In this document: one piece after another, positions 46,316 through 61,000 of the stretch
How positions within the stretch are numbered: the stretch's first letter is position 1
Layout of the letters: each line of letters opens with the position of its first letter
Program-made: the position numbers and the translations under genes
Origin: Styela clava
Taxonomy: Eukaryota
Assembly (NCBI RefSeq): GCF_964204865.1
Contig: NC_135263.1
Location: forward strand, 8,494,001 to 8,558,000
Direction: 5' to 3'
Length of the DNA stretch: 64,000 nucleotides
The notes under the pieces: generated by a model
The model's database searches: none
The model's input: the letters and a program-made list of their open reading frames with translations, nothing else
What the model was told of the DNA's origin: nothing

Positions 46316-49300
46316 TTAGTCTGACTCGCTGCCACTTTCTCCACCTTCAGATTCATGAACGTTCATCTCTAATTTGTATTCTTGATCACACCCCATGAAA
46401 GCATCACTCATGAAGTACAAGGTGTAAGAATGAGTGCCGGCTGATGGTGGGATAAAATCTAGTTTGACCTGAACACACAAAAAGAACCATTAATGTTAAA
46501 ACTCTCGCCCGTAAACGACTTTGAATTCCTTCAAACAACCACCAATAAGGAGAGCAGAAAAAAATGTCTTTCAAGCCCAGTTGTGTCTATAGATATAGGA
46601 ATTGTTGGGACTTTCAGGTCAGAGAATTCTTTTTAGATCCCATGTCATGGTAAATATCTCAACCAAATCTTATACACCAAATCAAACCTTTTAAAATGTT
46701 AGAAAAATAACAGAAAAAATCCCACTGAGCAAGGTGTACATACATGTGCTTATAAACGAGTGGAATCATTTACCATTTTTGTTTTGTTGAATGTAGTATT
46801 AAAAGAAAATATATAGACCATACCTTCGCCTTTTGCTGCAGAGTTAGCCGTTTGATGGAAATAAGGCTGTTGGTCTTGGGATCTCCAACAACCACCCACC
46901 ATCCTTCCTCACGTTTTTGAGGGAAGAAAGGTGCAATTACTGGTCCAGATACTTCATCTTCTCTTTCCAAAGTAACAACCACAACAACTGGATGACCTCT
47001 GAAGAAATTAGTAAAAGTTAATAGAGTCAAAATTTGATAATGATTGTACAATTGCAATCATACAATTACAAAGCACTGTTTCGTTTATAATTATAAAACA
47101 ATGTTGTTATAGGCTCAAATGCACATTCTAGCTGACAACCTTAGAAAATTATTGGCTACTTATTTTTTGGGAATATTACAAGGGCCATATAAGCTTGGCA
47201 CAATTTGGGCCAGAAAATACTGAGTACTTCCAGCATATCTAATAACAAAATGTGATAAGTAGATGACATTTGAATAGATAGATTTGTTTTGTCAAAAAAA
47301 ATAATGATAAATGAACCTACGCTCTTAAATTATCGTCGTCCAATACATCATAAGTCAGTTCAATATTTGGGTATCTATTGCAAAATCTTGCAACATCGGC
47401 CATCTGTGGTTCCGTCATTCCCAATAAGGAATTTCTGTCATCATCTTCCATCTCTAATATGTCGAAAACACTTTCAATGTCCTGATAAAAAAATCATTTT
47501 TAGAATATTAATTAGAATTGACTGTTTCAAAAAATGTACCCATAACATCAAACAGTTATAGCTGTTAAGTGTTATGAACTGCTACATAAATAAGACAATT
47601 CGAATTATACTCTAACACCAACCTTTTCTGTGCATCTTCTGATAACATTTGGATCAAAGTGTGGTAACTGCTTCAAATAAGAATCCTTGCTCCACATTGC
47701 TTGTGTCACCATTTGTGCAAGTTCCATGGCAGCTAGTGCAGGTGACAACCAACCATTTGATGATAAAACATCAACACAGGCTTGAATCAAACGAACAGAT
47801 TTGCTCAATATACCCTCAGTGTCAGATTGAAGTTCAGCGGGAAGTTGAAGCCGAGACAAATGTGCCTAAAAGAGAAAGATGAAATTAAACGTTTGACAAT
47901 GTATTTGTGTAAATGTGAAGTTAAAATAAGTTAATGACAGCTTTTATCAAAAATTATGAATAATAATATGAATTCAGTGCCCTATTATTACTCAGTATAG
48001 AAAATGTTTATAGAGTTATCAATCAGACCTGCAGAAGCAAGTTAGTCTTGATATGTGGATCGGTGAATCTAACATTCTGTGGTTTGTATGGAACTTTATC
48101 CAGAAGTTGTTTGAGAGTTCCATCTTCTCGATGGCGTATTTGTATTGCTTCATATTCTGCCGCATTGCTGATAATTTCTATCAATCCACGAATCTTGGTT
48201 TTGGCATTCAAAGACATACTGAACAGCTCTATAGTGGTGTAGTTGATATAGTAGTAAGCAGAAATCATAGCCAGATTCAGAGGTGAAACATCCATGTCAT
48301 CTTCTATCGCAATACACTTAGACTGCTCCAAGTCAGAAAGTGTGTTTTCAACAAGCTCTGACAAGCTGTCAGAAAGATGACGATGTGAAACTCCCTGGAA
48401 AATAATAAAATATTGGGTGATTGAATGAGTGATTTCTACTTCATAATATGCCCATGTAGTTGTTTATTGCTTGATTTGAAAATGTTTTTTCTACCATAAT
48501 ACAGCAAAACAACAATATGGTTTGAAATTTAAAAAAGTTCTAAGAGATACATTTTGTGTGCATAAGATTATGATTTATTTAATATTAGCTCATTTAACAA
48601 GACCTGTAGATAGCAATATTGAAGAATATATTTCAGCCACTCCATACTAAATATTAGTGTAAGGCTGTGCTTATTTGTTGCAACTAACTTTTGCAACCTG
48701 AAAAGCAATATTAGAAAGCACACATTGTGAGTCATGCTTCACAATAAAAATAATACTCAACTGTCGTCGAGTACCCCTGGAAATCTACCAATAAACCCTT
48801 GGCGACTCATAATCACCGGTTTAAAATATCTAATATATAAAACCTGCATGCATCATCATATCTCACCTGCAAATTATAATAATTTGGATTCTGAGTCATC
48901 CTACGATACAAGAAAGTCCATGTCATGTAATCAACTGCATCCTGTTTGTTTTCTATTGTTTTGGTGACAATTTCAGCATTGAAGTGATCATGTAAGCAAT
49001 GATCAAGATGAGATTCTACAGGCAGGGGTTCGTAGACAAATTTCTTGAAAAAATCTTTTTTCGAGCCTTGACACATGATCACACATTTTCCTTCTTCATC
49101 CTTGAGAGGTCGATTTGCTCTTCCGATCATCTGAAGTACATCGGTAACAGGATAGTCAACATAAGCATGAATTTTTCCATTGTAGTATTGGGTGTCCATC
49201 ACAATTACTAAGTGAGCAGATACAGTCAATGCCCAACACAAGCTACGTGATGCTACAAGTATTTGAACAGCTCCTGATGAAAATAACTGATCAACGACTT

Positions 49301-52300
49301 TTCTTTCCATCTCTGTTGTGCCATCGTGTAAATAAGCTACACCATTCGACAGTGTCTCCTTTAATGTATCATCATTCACATGTTCCAAGTATGGAGCCAG
49401 ATCTTCTTCTTTGCAATGGAGGAACTTTTGGGGTTGTCCATCAGCTGCGGCAAATGTTAACATGTCAACAGCACTAAGTTTCGATTGCTTACGAGAAGTA
49501 ACAAATATGATGACAGATCGTTTCGGGGAATGTTTAACAACTGCATTGTACACTGGTTTTGACATACTTAGCAATCTTGACTGAGCATGACTAATGTTGA
49601 AGCCTTGAATATGGATTTCCAAAGGAACTGGTCGGACATTCGGATGGAAGTTAAAAGTGTGAGTGGCACTGCAACCCAACCACTGAGCAACATCCTTTGC
49701 GTTTGCAAGAGAAGATCCGAGAGCTACAATCCTGATTTGTCGCTCAAGTTGAGAAGAGACATATCGCATTCTTGAGCAAACAACTTCTAATTCAGGTCCT
49801 GCTTCACCTCCAATCAGATGAATCTCATCGACAATGAATAACGAGACATTTTGCACATTTTTCCTTTGCTTCCATCTTCTAGAAAGAACATCCCATTTCT
49901 CTGGAGTAGACACTACAATATTTCCTTTGGCAATGAGCTTAAGATCAGTGCTTGTTTCACCAGTTAGTAGGACAACACGTTTGCCAAGATGAATTTCAAA
50001 TTTTTCTCTCCAATCTTGATAAACAATTTCAGCAAGAGCATCCATTGGAGTGACATAAACACATCTGGCTTCAGGATTAACTGCCAATGCATGCATGAGT
50101 GCAAATTCAGCACAAACAGTTTTCCCACTACCGGTTGGAGCTCCAATAAAGATGTTATCATCACTATTATACAAAGCATTGAAAACTTGTGTCTGAATAG
50201 GGTTAAAGCATGGAAACTTATCTTCAAAAAGTGCTTCAAATTCTGGGTTTCTGAGAGCAGATACGGGCAAAGGTTGGAGGTCAAGTAACTCTGTTGGTGG
50301 AGGGTATTTCTCAGGAAGAATGAGATGACGGAAAGATACCGGGAGTTGTGTTTCTGATGATAACCACCTATCTGACACAATTCGAATGAAATATTGTGGT
50401 GGAAGTGGTTCAAATACAGGCACAAAGAAGTTGACAATATGTTCATCCGTAGAATACTTGTTTTTGAGCAGAAAATATTCATGGTGGAGAATTATTTCGC
50501 TGTCGACATCTTCCACAAATATCCAAAATGCTTCTGAAGACCTGTGAGTGTTTTCATTCCATTGAAAATCCGGAGTGATAGTGAGTTCCACTCGAAGAGT
50601 TGATCTGGTAATTGGTTGGATGTGAACAGACAATTCCATCTTTGGAAATTGATGTATAAGTTTGTGAAGAACTCTCCCCATTTTTGGCATCCTGATGAGC
50701 TCTCCAATTTCATTATGATTCAAGTCATAGAAACGTTCCCAGGGAAAGTTTTTTTTTTCAATTTTTTTAACCACCTCATCTGGTACTTTCTTGAATTGAC
50801 GCAATGGACTCATTGACTGCCACATTCTACTTTGTATCATTTTGCACAATGATAGACATTTATCAGTAAGTTGGGCCCAACCTCTATAAAGCACAATTTC
50901 AAAAATAGCTCTCATCAGTCGACCAGCAGACTGTGTTACGTAGACCATATCAGCCATCAATGCAAACCCTTCCAATTTGAGCTGTGAGATGTAAGTTTGC
51001 AATAAAACATTAATTTTGGCAGTCGGCTCATCTATTCCTTCTTTGACTGGAATAGGCACTCGTTCCAAAAGCTTTTGCAGTTCCAATTTTTCTTCTTCAC
51101 GAACTGCTATGTATTTGAACTCAGAAGAAAGTGAAAAAACTCGAAACAATTCAATCTCACTCAGAGTAGGTTTCAGTAGTTGGTTGTATGTTGCCATGCT
51201 CTCATGGGTGCAGTAATAATGACTAGCAATCCGGCCCAAATCTGTCACTTGCAAGTGCCCAGTTTTTCTATCATATTTGACTAAATTGCTTTTATCTAAT
51301 ATGTTTGCAGCAGAATGAATCAAGTCAACACGATGTTGTTGTAAAAGAGGATCAGCCTTTAGTGCATCATGACTTATGGAGTATAAAGTAGGCTGTCGAA
51401 GCATTCTAATGTACAGGTAACTGTACCCAAGCCAGTTCACAGCATCTCTGACATTCTGAACATTACCCAGCACAATTTCAGCATTCAGCATATCTGGCAG
51501 TTTGGCAACCATTTGACTTTCTACAGGCAATTGTTGATTCAAAAGCGACAAGTAATATTGCAATTCACTATGGGATGTAATAAGAACACCTTCACCCTTG
51601 GTGTCATATTGTGGCCTACCAGCTCGTCCCATCATCTGAAGTACATCAAGTGCACCCAATTCAACCCATCTACCTTTTTCTGGACTGTACACTTGTGTGC
51701 CTTTGATGATGACAGTATGAGCAGGTAAGTTGACACCCCAAGCAAGTGTGGCTGTTGAAACAAGTACCTGAATATGACGATCAGCAAATAAATCTTCAAC
51801 CAATGTTCTGTCAACTCTTGACATTCCAGCATGATGGATTGCGAAACCGTATGGCAGAAGATCTTTCAATTCTAAATTCTTTACTTGCTCAGATTCTGTT
51901 CGTAAAACTTCTGTGGAAGCGGATCCTTCTCTCAAAAAATGTCCTAGAGTGTCATTTTCCAAGCACATATCTCTAACAGCACGAGCAGTTTTTCCAGTTT
52001 CTTTTCGTGAATGAACAAAAATCAGAACTTGATTTTTACCTGCATTTTCAACAACTTTTTCATAAACAATTTCATTCATAACCTGAAACCTCTTGATTGC
52101 TTTCTTTTCTGTTATGCCAATGTATTGCTGTTCTAAAGGACATGGTCTAAAACTGTTGTCAAAGAAGAACAACCCTTTGGAGGGATCAACACGCAAGAAT
52201 GTGGCAACATCTTCATAATTTGGTAAAGTAGCAGAAAGTCCAACAAGTCTGACATCCTCTTGAGTTGTTTCGATGGATCTAATTGTCCTTGCAACAACAG

Positions 52301-54203
52301 ACTCCAGGACAGGACCACGATCATCATGAAGCATGTGGATCTCGTCAATAATCAACAGACGTACCAGCTGTGTGTATGTTCGTTCACCACCTTTTCTTGT
52401 CACAATATCCCATTTTTCCGGTGTGCAGACAATAATTTGTGTGGCATTGATTTCTTCTTTGCAAAGCTGATGATCACCTGTCATTTCACTGACTTTGATG
52501 CCATAAGCGGCAAGCCGTTTTCCGAAATTTCCAACCATTTCTTGTACCAGTGATCTCATTGGAGCGATGTATATTATTTTAAAATCATTAACATTAATCG
52601 TTCCATCAGAATTGATGTGCTTGCCAATTTCTCTCAACATAGTCAAGAGTGCAACATTTGTTTTTCCAGCACCAGTGGGGGCACACAGCAAAATATTCTC
52701 ATCACTTTCTAGTGTAGTCTTGGAAAGTCTACTCTGAATCCTGTTCAAACTTTTAAACCCTTCAAAAGCCGCTTGGGCATACTTGGGTAAAGTATCAATT
52801 GGAACAAGTTTTTCATCATCAGCAAAAACTTTTGGTTTTAAAGCAGGTACATGCACTTCTTCGTAACCTTTACGTTGTTTGCGATAAGAACCATCTGGTA
52901 ACTGGCATTTTTTATTTGCCATCAAGTGAGATCCTTGTTCAAACATGATATCTTCAAGATCAACCCCTTTGCTTGGCTGTAAAGTTTCATCTGTCTGGTC
53001 AGTTTCCATTGCTTCTAGATCAGCATCAACTTTGCTTCTGCGTAATCTTTCTCTGCGTTCTTGTTCTTCTTTAATGATATCTTCTTTCTCAGTTTCGTTC
53101 AGTTGCTGGAGAATCACTGACAATTCTTGATCGTTCTTCATTCTATCTTCAATTTGTTTTTTTGCAGCTTCACTTTGTGCACTCGCAAGTAAAGTGCAAT
53201 ATAGAATCATTTGTCGATGTTCACGCAAAATTTTGATAAAATCAAACTGATTGAAACCGAGCAACATTACCAATTGATTTTCACATTGTAAATCATCAAC
53301 CGCAGTCTTTAAAATTTCCAAGACTTCTTCTGCCTTTTTTTGCGAAACGATTGCATCATCATAAACTTTGCTCAAATTTCTTTGCAGCCAATAAGCATCA
53401 ACATCGCGAGGATGTAGTCCACGATTCTTAATGATATTGACATTTCCGGCTTCGTTGGTAAGATTAGCAGAAACAACCATATTCGCATCTGCCTCTACGC
53501 CACCTTCTTCATCATCATCTTCATTTTCAGATTCCTCCTGAACTTCACCATACCTGTTTTCTTGGTCTTCTTCTTCATCATCCGATTCAAACTGGACGTT
53601 GACACCATATGTTTCATCAATGTTATCATCTGCGGTTTCAGCATCCTTATCTGTGCCGAAGTCGGTAATCTTTTTGCCCAAATTTACCAAAACATGATAG
53701 CGAGTATCTTCTTGAACTCCCAACAGTGATTGAACTTCTTTTCGTCTTTCCTTATCACGCAGTTTATCATTCTTAAGAACAATTATCACTTCGTCAGCTG
53801 CGCCACAAAGAATGTCTCTTGGTTGGTCACCCAATGCAGCCTGGATAAAGCTGAGTAAAATCTCGTACGTTTCTCTAGTTTCTTTTGTTTTTGGTTTATA
53901 TAATATATTAACCATCTCATCCATTCCCTCAGATAACAGAGTTGCTCCTTTCAATTTCACAGAAGATTTTTGATCCTCGTCACGCTTGTATCGCTTTGCT
54001 CGACGCTCTTCCATCTGTGGTGGTCTTGTACGCTGCGCTCTATCACCCATTTTTGATCCAGTTAATTTTCCCTGCAATGAGATGACTTCTCCTGTCGGCT
54101 CATCTCTTGGTCGTCTATCAATGAGTGATCTGTCTGCTTGCAATACAAGATTAGAATTGGCTTTGTATTCATATTGCAGTGAACGGGCGGAGGCATCCGC
54201 CAT
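46316..54203 (-). CDS. SNRNP200: U5 snRNP 200-kDa helicase (Brr2), 2144 aa
   Basis: Exons 54203-48867, 48394-48029, 47865-47623, 47481-47321, 46998-46824, 46468-46316 (6435 nt); N-terminus [21 protein letters not shown]; two Ski2-like cassettes ([12 protein letters not shown] and [12 protein letters not shown]); Sec63 C-terminus [13 protein letters not shown]; AATAAA at 46036-46041 (-). Confidence 0.98.
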
Positions 54204-54392
54204 GCTGTTTTTTTATTGACAGCGATTCCTCTACAGATTTAATATATCTGTGGTAAAACATAAATAATAACATGTGAAAACGGTTGATGCAGTTTTTCTA
54301 AACAAATTCAACTAGCAAAGCATATTGTATGTATTGCCCCACTCATAACCTCCGTCTAATAGTAATTTATGTGATTCTGCACAACAGTCTTA

Positions 54393-55142
54393 GGGTGGTG
54401 CAGCCAGTCTGCAGACAATTTCATTCAAACCGCTATAAAACAAAAACCAATATTTCTAACCCGTTAATTTTTTCACCGTAGGTGCATTGGCATTTATTCT
54501 ACACGACACTCTGAAGACGTATTTGGGACCGAACGACCAGTTTGTGATCACGGATTTCAAGCCTTGAACATCGTTTCTGCTGCGTCGAGACTAGGGCAAA
54601 CGCAGCCATGCGTGGAAAAATGGGCTTCTAATTGCATTTCTGACCGTCATATATTTTAAGAACACGGTTATTTCAAACAAAATTCTTCAAATTATAAACA
54701 AAGCACCGCATCACAGCAATCAAACAGACAAAAACACGGTGGTCGCAAATTAGTTGACAAAGATATTATTGACATATTGGAAATGCGCACCCCCCTACTT
54801 TGAAGATAGAAACGCGAAACTTTAGAGATGGTTAAAAGAAACACAACTCTACCCACCTGCCAAGTTTCATCTCTTTATCTCTTATATTTGTATGGATTTT
54901 CAAGCTTTTTTGAAGGAACAATGGGTAGTTGGCGACATGGTAAAATGGTCCGTTTTTTTTTTTCGGTCGTAACTTTTTTATTTGTGGCCGCATTTTAGTG
55001 TAATTTCGCAGAGCTACGAGGGATAAGTGGACGATAACGCGTGAGAAATATCAGCGCGGTTCGTTATTTTTTACGGCATTAATTTAATCGATGAAGTTGA
55101 TGGTCGCAGATAGGTCATGGCCGCTAAGTGGGTAAGCCACCC
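54393..55142. mobile_element. Tc1/mariner-like MITE (TA TSD), tentative
   Basis: TA|GGGTGGTGCAGCCA ... TGGGTAAGCCACCC|TA imperfect TIR; internal TGCCAAGTTTCAT motif. Confidence 0.45.
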
Positions 55143-56618
55143 TATACTCTACTGATCTATGAGAGTGATGCTCGAAAATATGACAGGGAGAATTAACAAC
55201 TTTCCTTGGGTACAGATTTTTGCAAGCTTTTAAACAGTTTGAATGTTCATTTTACAATATTTAATAAACTTTGTTCAACTAATATGTCACTAACAAATTT
55301 TTCATTTGCTTAATCTTTCAATTACCCTTCAGCACAGGAAAATCTGTAAATCGCTATTGATATAAAAGGGCATTCGAGTCTATACTTGTTTGAAATATGG
55401 TTTAATCTTATAGCATAACCAGGCCTTTCATTCCAGCATCCGGTCACCAGCCCATGCCGTGTATGGGATTACAGGATTAGTCAGCCAGTTATTTCTTTAA
55501 GTTGCATGATGGTGGCGGGATCCATGCCTAACCGACGTCCCCAACAAAATTGGAACTTGTGAATTCTGGAATTACCCCTGCTTGGGGTAATACAGTACCG
55601 CTACGAACCTAATCAGCGTATTCCTAACCCTTATGCCTTAGCATGATGACTTACACTTCCGAGGCGGCGCATATTACTGTATTATTTATATCTGTGACTG
55701 TACCGTAGATATACTGAAGATGAACAAATGCCTGTGTCATGAAATCTCAAGTGCATTTCTCAGTTTCTAGTAAATCACAGTGCTCCATGGCATTACATGA
55801 AGACGTGAACATGAAATAGACTAAACTTTTCATTGAATCACTGACACGAACTAAAGTGTCGAAATTATTTCCAATTTTTGACAAAGAGGAATTTTCGTGT
55901 GTTTGCAATGTTCTAACCAAAACCTGAAAACGCTAAATTACCGTTTTTTATTTTTTGCTAGCGCACACACACCAAAACCAAATTCTGCAACAAGTCTTGA
56001 TGTTTTATATAATCTATATCGATAAAGCCTTGGTTAGCCATGTGATAAAGACGTCTCTCCCAATACTGCAATACCGCAAAAAATCTCATAATTATACCTA
56101 TAACAATAACGCGTGTGGGGATCAGAAACTTTCAAAAACTGAGAACGCACGACAAACGTCGGCATGATGTGCGCGGAGTCAAGGAAATCACACCTAATTG
56201 CCGGATAATGATAACGACAATTTAGGTGTAACAGACTCAATGTGAGAACCACCTTCACACTGAAACTTTACATATATGCATCGAGCTGATACAAAAAAGT
56301 TACCACAGTGTCCAATGAGATAATAAAAACTAAAACAATGCAGAGAAAATGCACAGACCCGAAAACAATGGAAGAGTCCACGCGCGGTATCATCGTCACT
56401 TTGTATTTTGTGAGTAGAAGTTTATTTCAACTCCATAATCAGCATAACTGGTAATAAAATTATTGATAAAACAAATAAATAAAAACTGTTTATCTAAAAA
56501 TCCTTGTTCCTACTTAAAAGAGGCTGATTCAAACAAGTATAGGATTTGAACCTAAACCAAGCCAGCTTCATGAATATATAACATGGGCACAGGCTAAAAT
56601 TGCTGTCACAAGCCAAGT

Positions 56619-56722
56619 GACCACCGTAGTATTTGTACCTGAAACTATGGCCCAACCCCTAACCTGGTACACAAACTACATTCTGGTGTCCGCCATCTCG
56701 GTACGCATCCTTCAGAAGTGCC
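56619..56722. mobile_element. Palindromic GG-start MITE family, decayed copy 3
   Basis: CCTAACCTGGTACACAAACTAC and CGCCATCTCGGTACGCATCCTTCAGAAGTGCC match the arms of the other copies. Confidence 0.55.
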
Positions 56723-58022
56723 AAATTTTGAACTGAACATCACGAGGCTACCCAGAACTAAAGCTGGTTTCAGGGATGCAGTTTTAACAGAATCGTAACT
56801 TGCTTATAAAGCTTAACATTCATGTTTGTATGAGCTCTGCTTCACTATGGTTTCCCCATGGTTTACTAAGAAAAACAACAAGCATGCTTTACAAATACTT
56901 CCTTGTGCATTTAATAAAACAATCAAAAATATTAGCAGTTAATCGGTCACATACAAATTTCATACTATAGAACCGGCAATCAATATAAAGTTTGTATACA
57001 ACGGAAATGGTAGTGAAAAAATTCAATTTGTGACAAAAATCCTATTCAGTGGAATAAAAACTTTCGAAGATATAGATGTAATGACATCTAACAAGGGGAC
57101 TTCCACAAAGTAAAAATATGTTTCTATGGAGCTTCCAGTTGGTATAAGCATGTCCAAAATGAAATAAGAACACTTAAAAAATGCAGAGATAAATACCTTG
57201 TTACCTACCTCACAAAAAAGGAATTTAAACTATCGAACTATGTAACATAAAATTAGAGTTCCATAAAAATTCAAAATCTATCACAATCGACCAGCAGTCA
57301 GTCGATTATGGTTTGATATAGATCAATTCATTTCAGGAACAAACGAAAGATTTTAAAACCTAAAAATTCTTCATAAGCTCCATCACTGAATCAGACTCCG
57401 TATTTATGTTATTATATGATTCGAGATGAAACTTAGTGAAGAAAATGTAAGCGGACACCATAAAGCAGCAAATATAGAAAATTGCCTAGAAGAAGATATG
57501 TACAAAACTTTCATTATCATTATAAGAACCGCGAAATCCTAAGAAAGCAGTAGTATTGCCAGAGCCTTTATTGGCCTCACATTAATAGGCAAATGATTTG
57601 TACCAAGACCATAAGAAATGAAGTTGGCAAATATATTGACAGTTACAAAATCGATATTTTTAATGATTGGCCATAGACTGAACTATCCCTCACAATAAAG
57701 GCTCCAGACCCTCATGGGTTAAAAAAGCTATGGTTATAAAAGAAAATAGTTCACAAGGCCATATATAAACACAAATACTGATCCAATTATTAACCTGTGT
57801 ATCGTTGATATTGCTTCTTATAAATGCTGAGACTGATGAAGCGATAAACTAGTACGAATTACTGTAATACAGAGCGCCAGCAATCCCTGAACTGTTGAAA
57901 CATACCACTAAACAGGGCGATGATATTAAAACTGGAAAATCCCGGACGAATAAATTTAGCAAACCATAACAAAATAAATCAAGGAAGTAATTAGTAAAAA
58001 ATAAAGAGTTGAGATAATAGCT

Positions 58023-61000
58023 TTAAAAAACATATGTTTCATCCACCATTGCTATTGCCCAAGCAAATTTGTCACGTTGAGTTTTATTGTAGACTTTCTC
58101 AATTGGAACATCCCACTTCTTGCACCTTGAAACAAATATAATAAGTTTAATAGAAATTAGTGTTGTATTTAAGGTTACCAAGGTAAAGAATTAAATTAAA
58201 TAATGATAGCCCAGATAACCAAAAAAGTTAACACAAATTTCACCGAGTAAAGTGGCATAAAAAGAACAGAATAAAGATTTTGAACATACCAAGCAACACT
58301 GATTCGTGGATCTAAGTAATTGAGCTTAGATGTTCCAAGAGCAATCTCCTTATTTTCTTCCTGAAATTACAAAATAACCGATACATGAAATTACACTGCA
58401 ATATAAAAAATACAAATCGAATATTAATGATTATGTTGAACAATTGATATTGCTGAAAATGTATATTGTTCACTATGATATTGTGTCGATGCTATCTTAA
58501 TATAGCACAAAATGTGCAAACATACTCTGTCAGTAGCTTGTACTTCCAATTTGATTAATTGTTCCTGCAGTCTTTCAACCTTTTTCTTTTTAGTTTCATA
58601 TTTTTTCTTGTTGCTTTCTGTTTTATGGTGCTTGAAGTCTGATTTTGCGCTTTTTACTTCCTGTTTGGCATCTGCTATATCGTCTTGTTTCTTTTGTATC
58701 TGTAAAGACAGCGATATAAATTTAGCATTTTTATCTGATATGTCACGATTGACGATTTGAGACAAAATATTAATATAGAGCACAACTATACCCTCTCTCT
58801 TGCTCTTTGCATCTGTTCACTAAAATTTTTGGGAGCAGCACGTTGATGGTTACAAAGAATAGCTACAGCTCTGTTGCTTCTGTTGTATGAAAGCATACGC
58901 CCAGCCAACGTATCATCAGCTGAAGATGAAGATATTAGGAAGGTTATTAATTTTACTGCACATTTGCATCAATAACAGACATGGGCAAAATACATCCCGC
59001 AGGCTAAATCCGGCACGTTGGGTAGTTCAATCTGGCCCGCCGATGCAGCCACAACCACACTAAAACAAAATTTTGATGTTGAGCTAAGAAAGATAGCTCA
59101 AGGAACGAGGCTCATTGTTTTCCACTTTTGCTTCTGTACCAGTGTAAATATTGTTTGAAAAATGTAACTTTTTACGTCACACCTACATCATTACATGGCC
59201 CACCAGTCTCTAGATAGGCAAAATTTTTGGCCCCTGGTCTAAAAACCATGCCCACCCCTGAAATATAAAAATCATGAAATAGACAGTTGATCATTTTAGT
59301 AGAATTCTCATTGGTTATAGCCTCGTTAAAATAAGCATAAACTCACGGTCCGTCAGATCATTAAGTTGTTGCTGCAATGTGATGGAAGCATTATATGTAC
59401 GGAATACTTTGGCAGTTAATCCGTCCATTAAACTATTCAGATACTTGTTCAAGTTCGATGTCTGAATAAAAAATAAGAAAAAAATCTTCACTTTTACAGC
59501 CATGGTGTATTAAAATTGGCATTAGGCAGAATGTTTGATGTAATACTTACAGTTAGTCTATCAAATAAATCATCTTCTCCGTCTTTGTTTTCCATGAAAA
59601 GATTAACATTTTTAAAAACCTGAATAAATATGGAAAAGTAGTTGAAATTGAGTCTACACGAGACAAATTCTTTACCAAATAGTCCTGAAGGGACCTAGCT
59701 CTGCCATCCCCCATAAATGTAAATGACTTTAATAGAGTCACAGTCAATCTCTTTATATTGCTGCACAGTTTTTTGACTGAAATCATCACGATTCTTACTG
59801 AATGAAGTCTAAATTTGAGTAATGAGTGAGTAGACTTTAGCATCTTAATTTTAATAATATGACAATACCTGTTTAGGAACAGGAACCTTGTTGTAATATC
59901 TGATTGAATCTTTTCCGAGAAAGTCAAATTCAATCACATATTCTTGCATGTCAAGCATTTTATGGGTTTTGATGTGTTCGCATCGGAGTGAGCAACAACC
60001 GACAGTATCCGCACCTTCGCCTTCTTCCTTTTCATTACCTGCTCTCAACGCCAACTAAATGAAGGATAATATATCAGAATCAAAATTATTGCATAAAAAC
60101 TCCAAAATTTTAATTGTCCACACACAAACCTTGTCGATGAAAAATAGAGCCACAGCACGTTGTCTTATTGCCATTTCTTGTGATTTCATGTCTCTCCAAT
60201 AGTCTTGTCGGATTTTATCGACGCGATCTTTAAGTTTTCTGGCAGTCTCGTATTTTTGCCAATCTTTTTCACCCTATAAAAATAACAATCCCTTTACTAC
60301 ACAAAGCTGAATACAACCAAAACAATAGGAAACATTCTTATCAGTAAACAACACTTAGAATAGAACAACTTATAATCACAAAGACAAACAAAATCACAAA
60401 GTGAAAATTTGCATTATAATCAAATATGCATACTCTCAATTCCACAGAAAAACCTATTATATTTTCTTTAAAGACTTTAATGCAAAAAAATCACCTTGAT
60501 TCTTGAATTAGCGTTTAGCATGATGTATTTATTCTGTCCTTGTATGTTTTCAGTCCATGATACTAACCATGTCACAGTGTTGTCATGCCTGACCTCCTTC
60601 CACTTCTGTCCAGGAGGAGGTGATGGAACTTTGGAACCTCTGCATACAAGAGAACAACTTGAATTATAAAAAGTTTCATGAAATTTATTTTTTATATTAA
60701 AACACAGATTAACAGCTGAATATATTTCACTTGATCGTTCTAACAACCAAAATATTTCTATCATTTACATGATCCTTGAATTCCAAAATTTGCTTGTAAA
60801 TGGGACTAAACAAACTTACTTGCTGCAATTTATGATGATATCTTTGGCTTGCAATCTTTTTTTAATTTTACCCATTTTGGGATGGTCCCCGCGTCCTCTA
60901 AACAAACTAGGAGGTTCTAATCGGAAATTTCCAATCTTTTCTTTATGATTGTCCCACATGCAAAATCCATATTCCTCTTGAATCAAATCTTTTTCTTCTT

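Noticed and set aside
48734-54219. Many short ORFs overlapping SNRNP200 on either strand
   Set aside because: Shadow frames of a long coding exon with no domain signal
55410-55670. SINE-like GC-richer segment (similar-looking patches near 11860, 19170 and 33420)
   Set aside because: Could not establish A/B boxes, TSDs or a reliable alignment by eye
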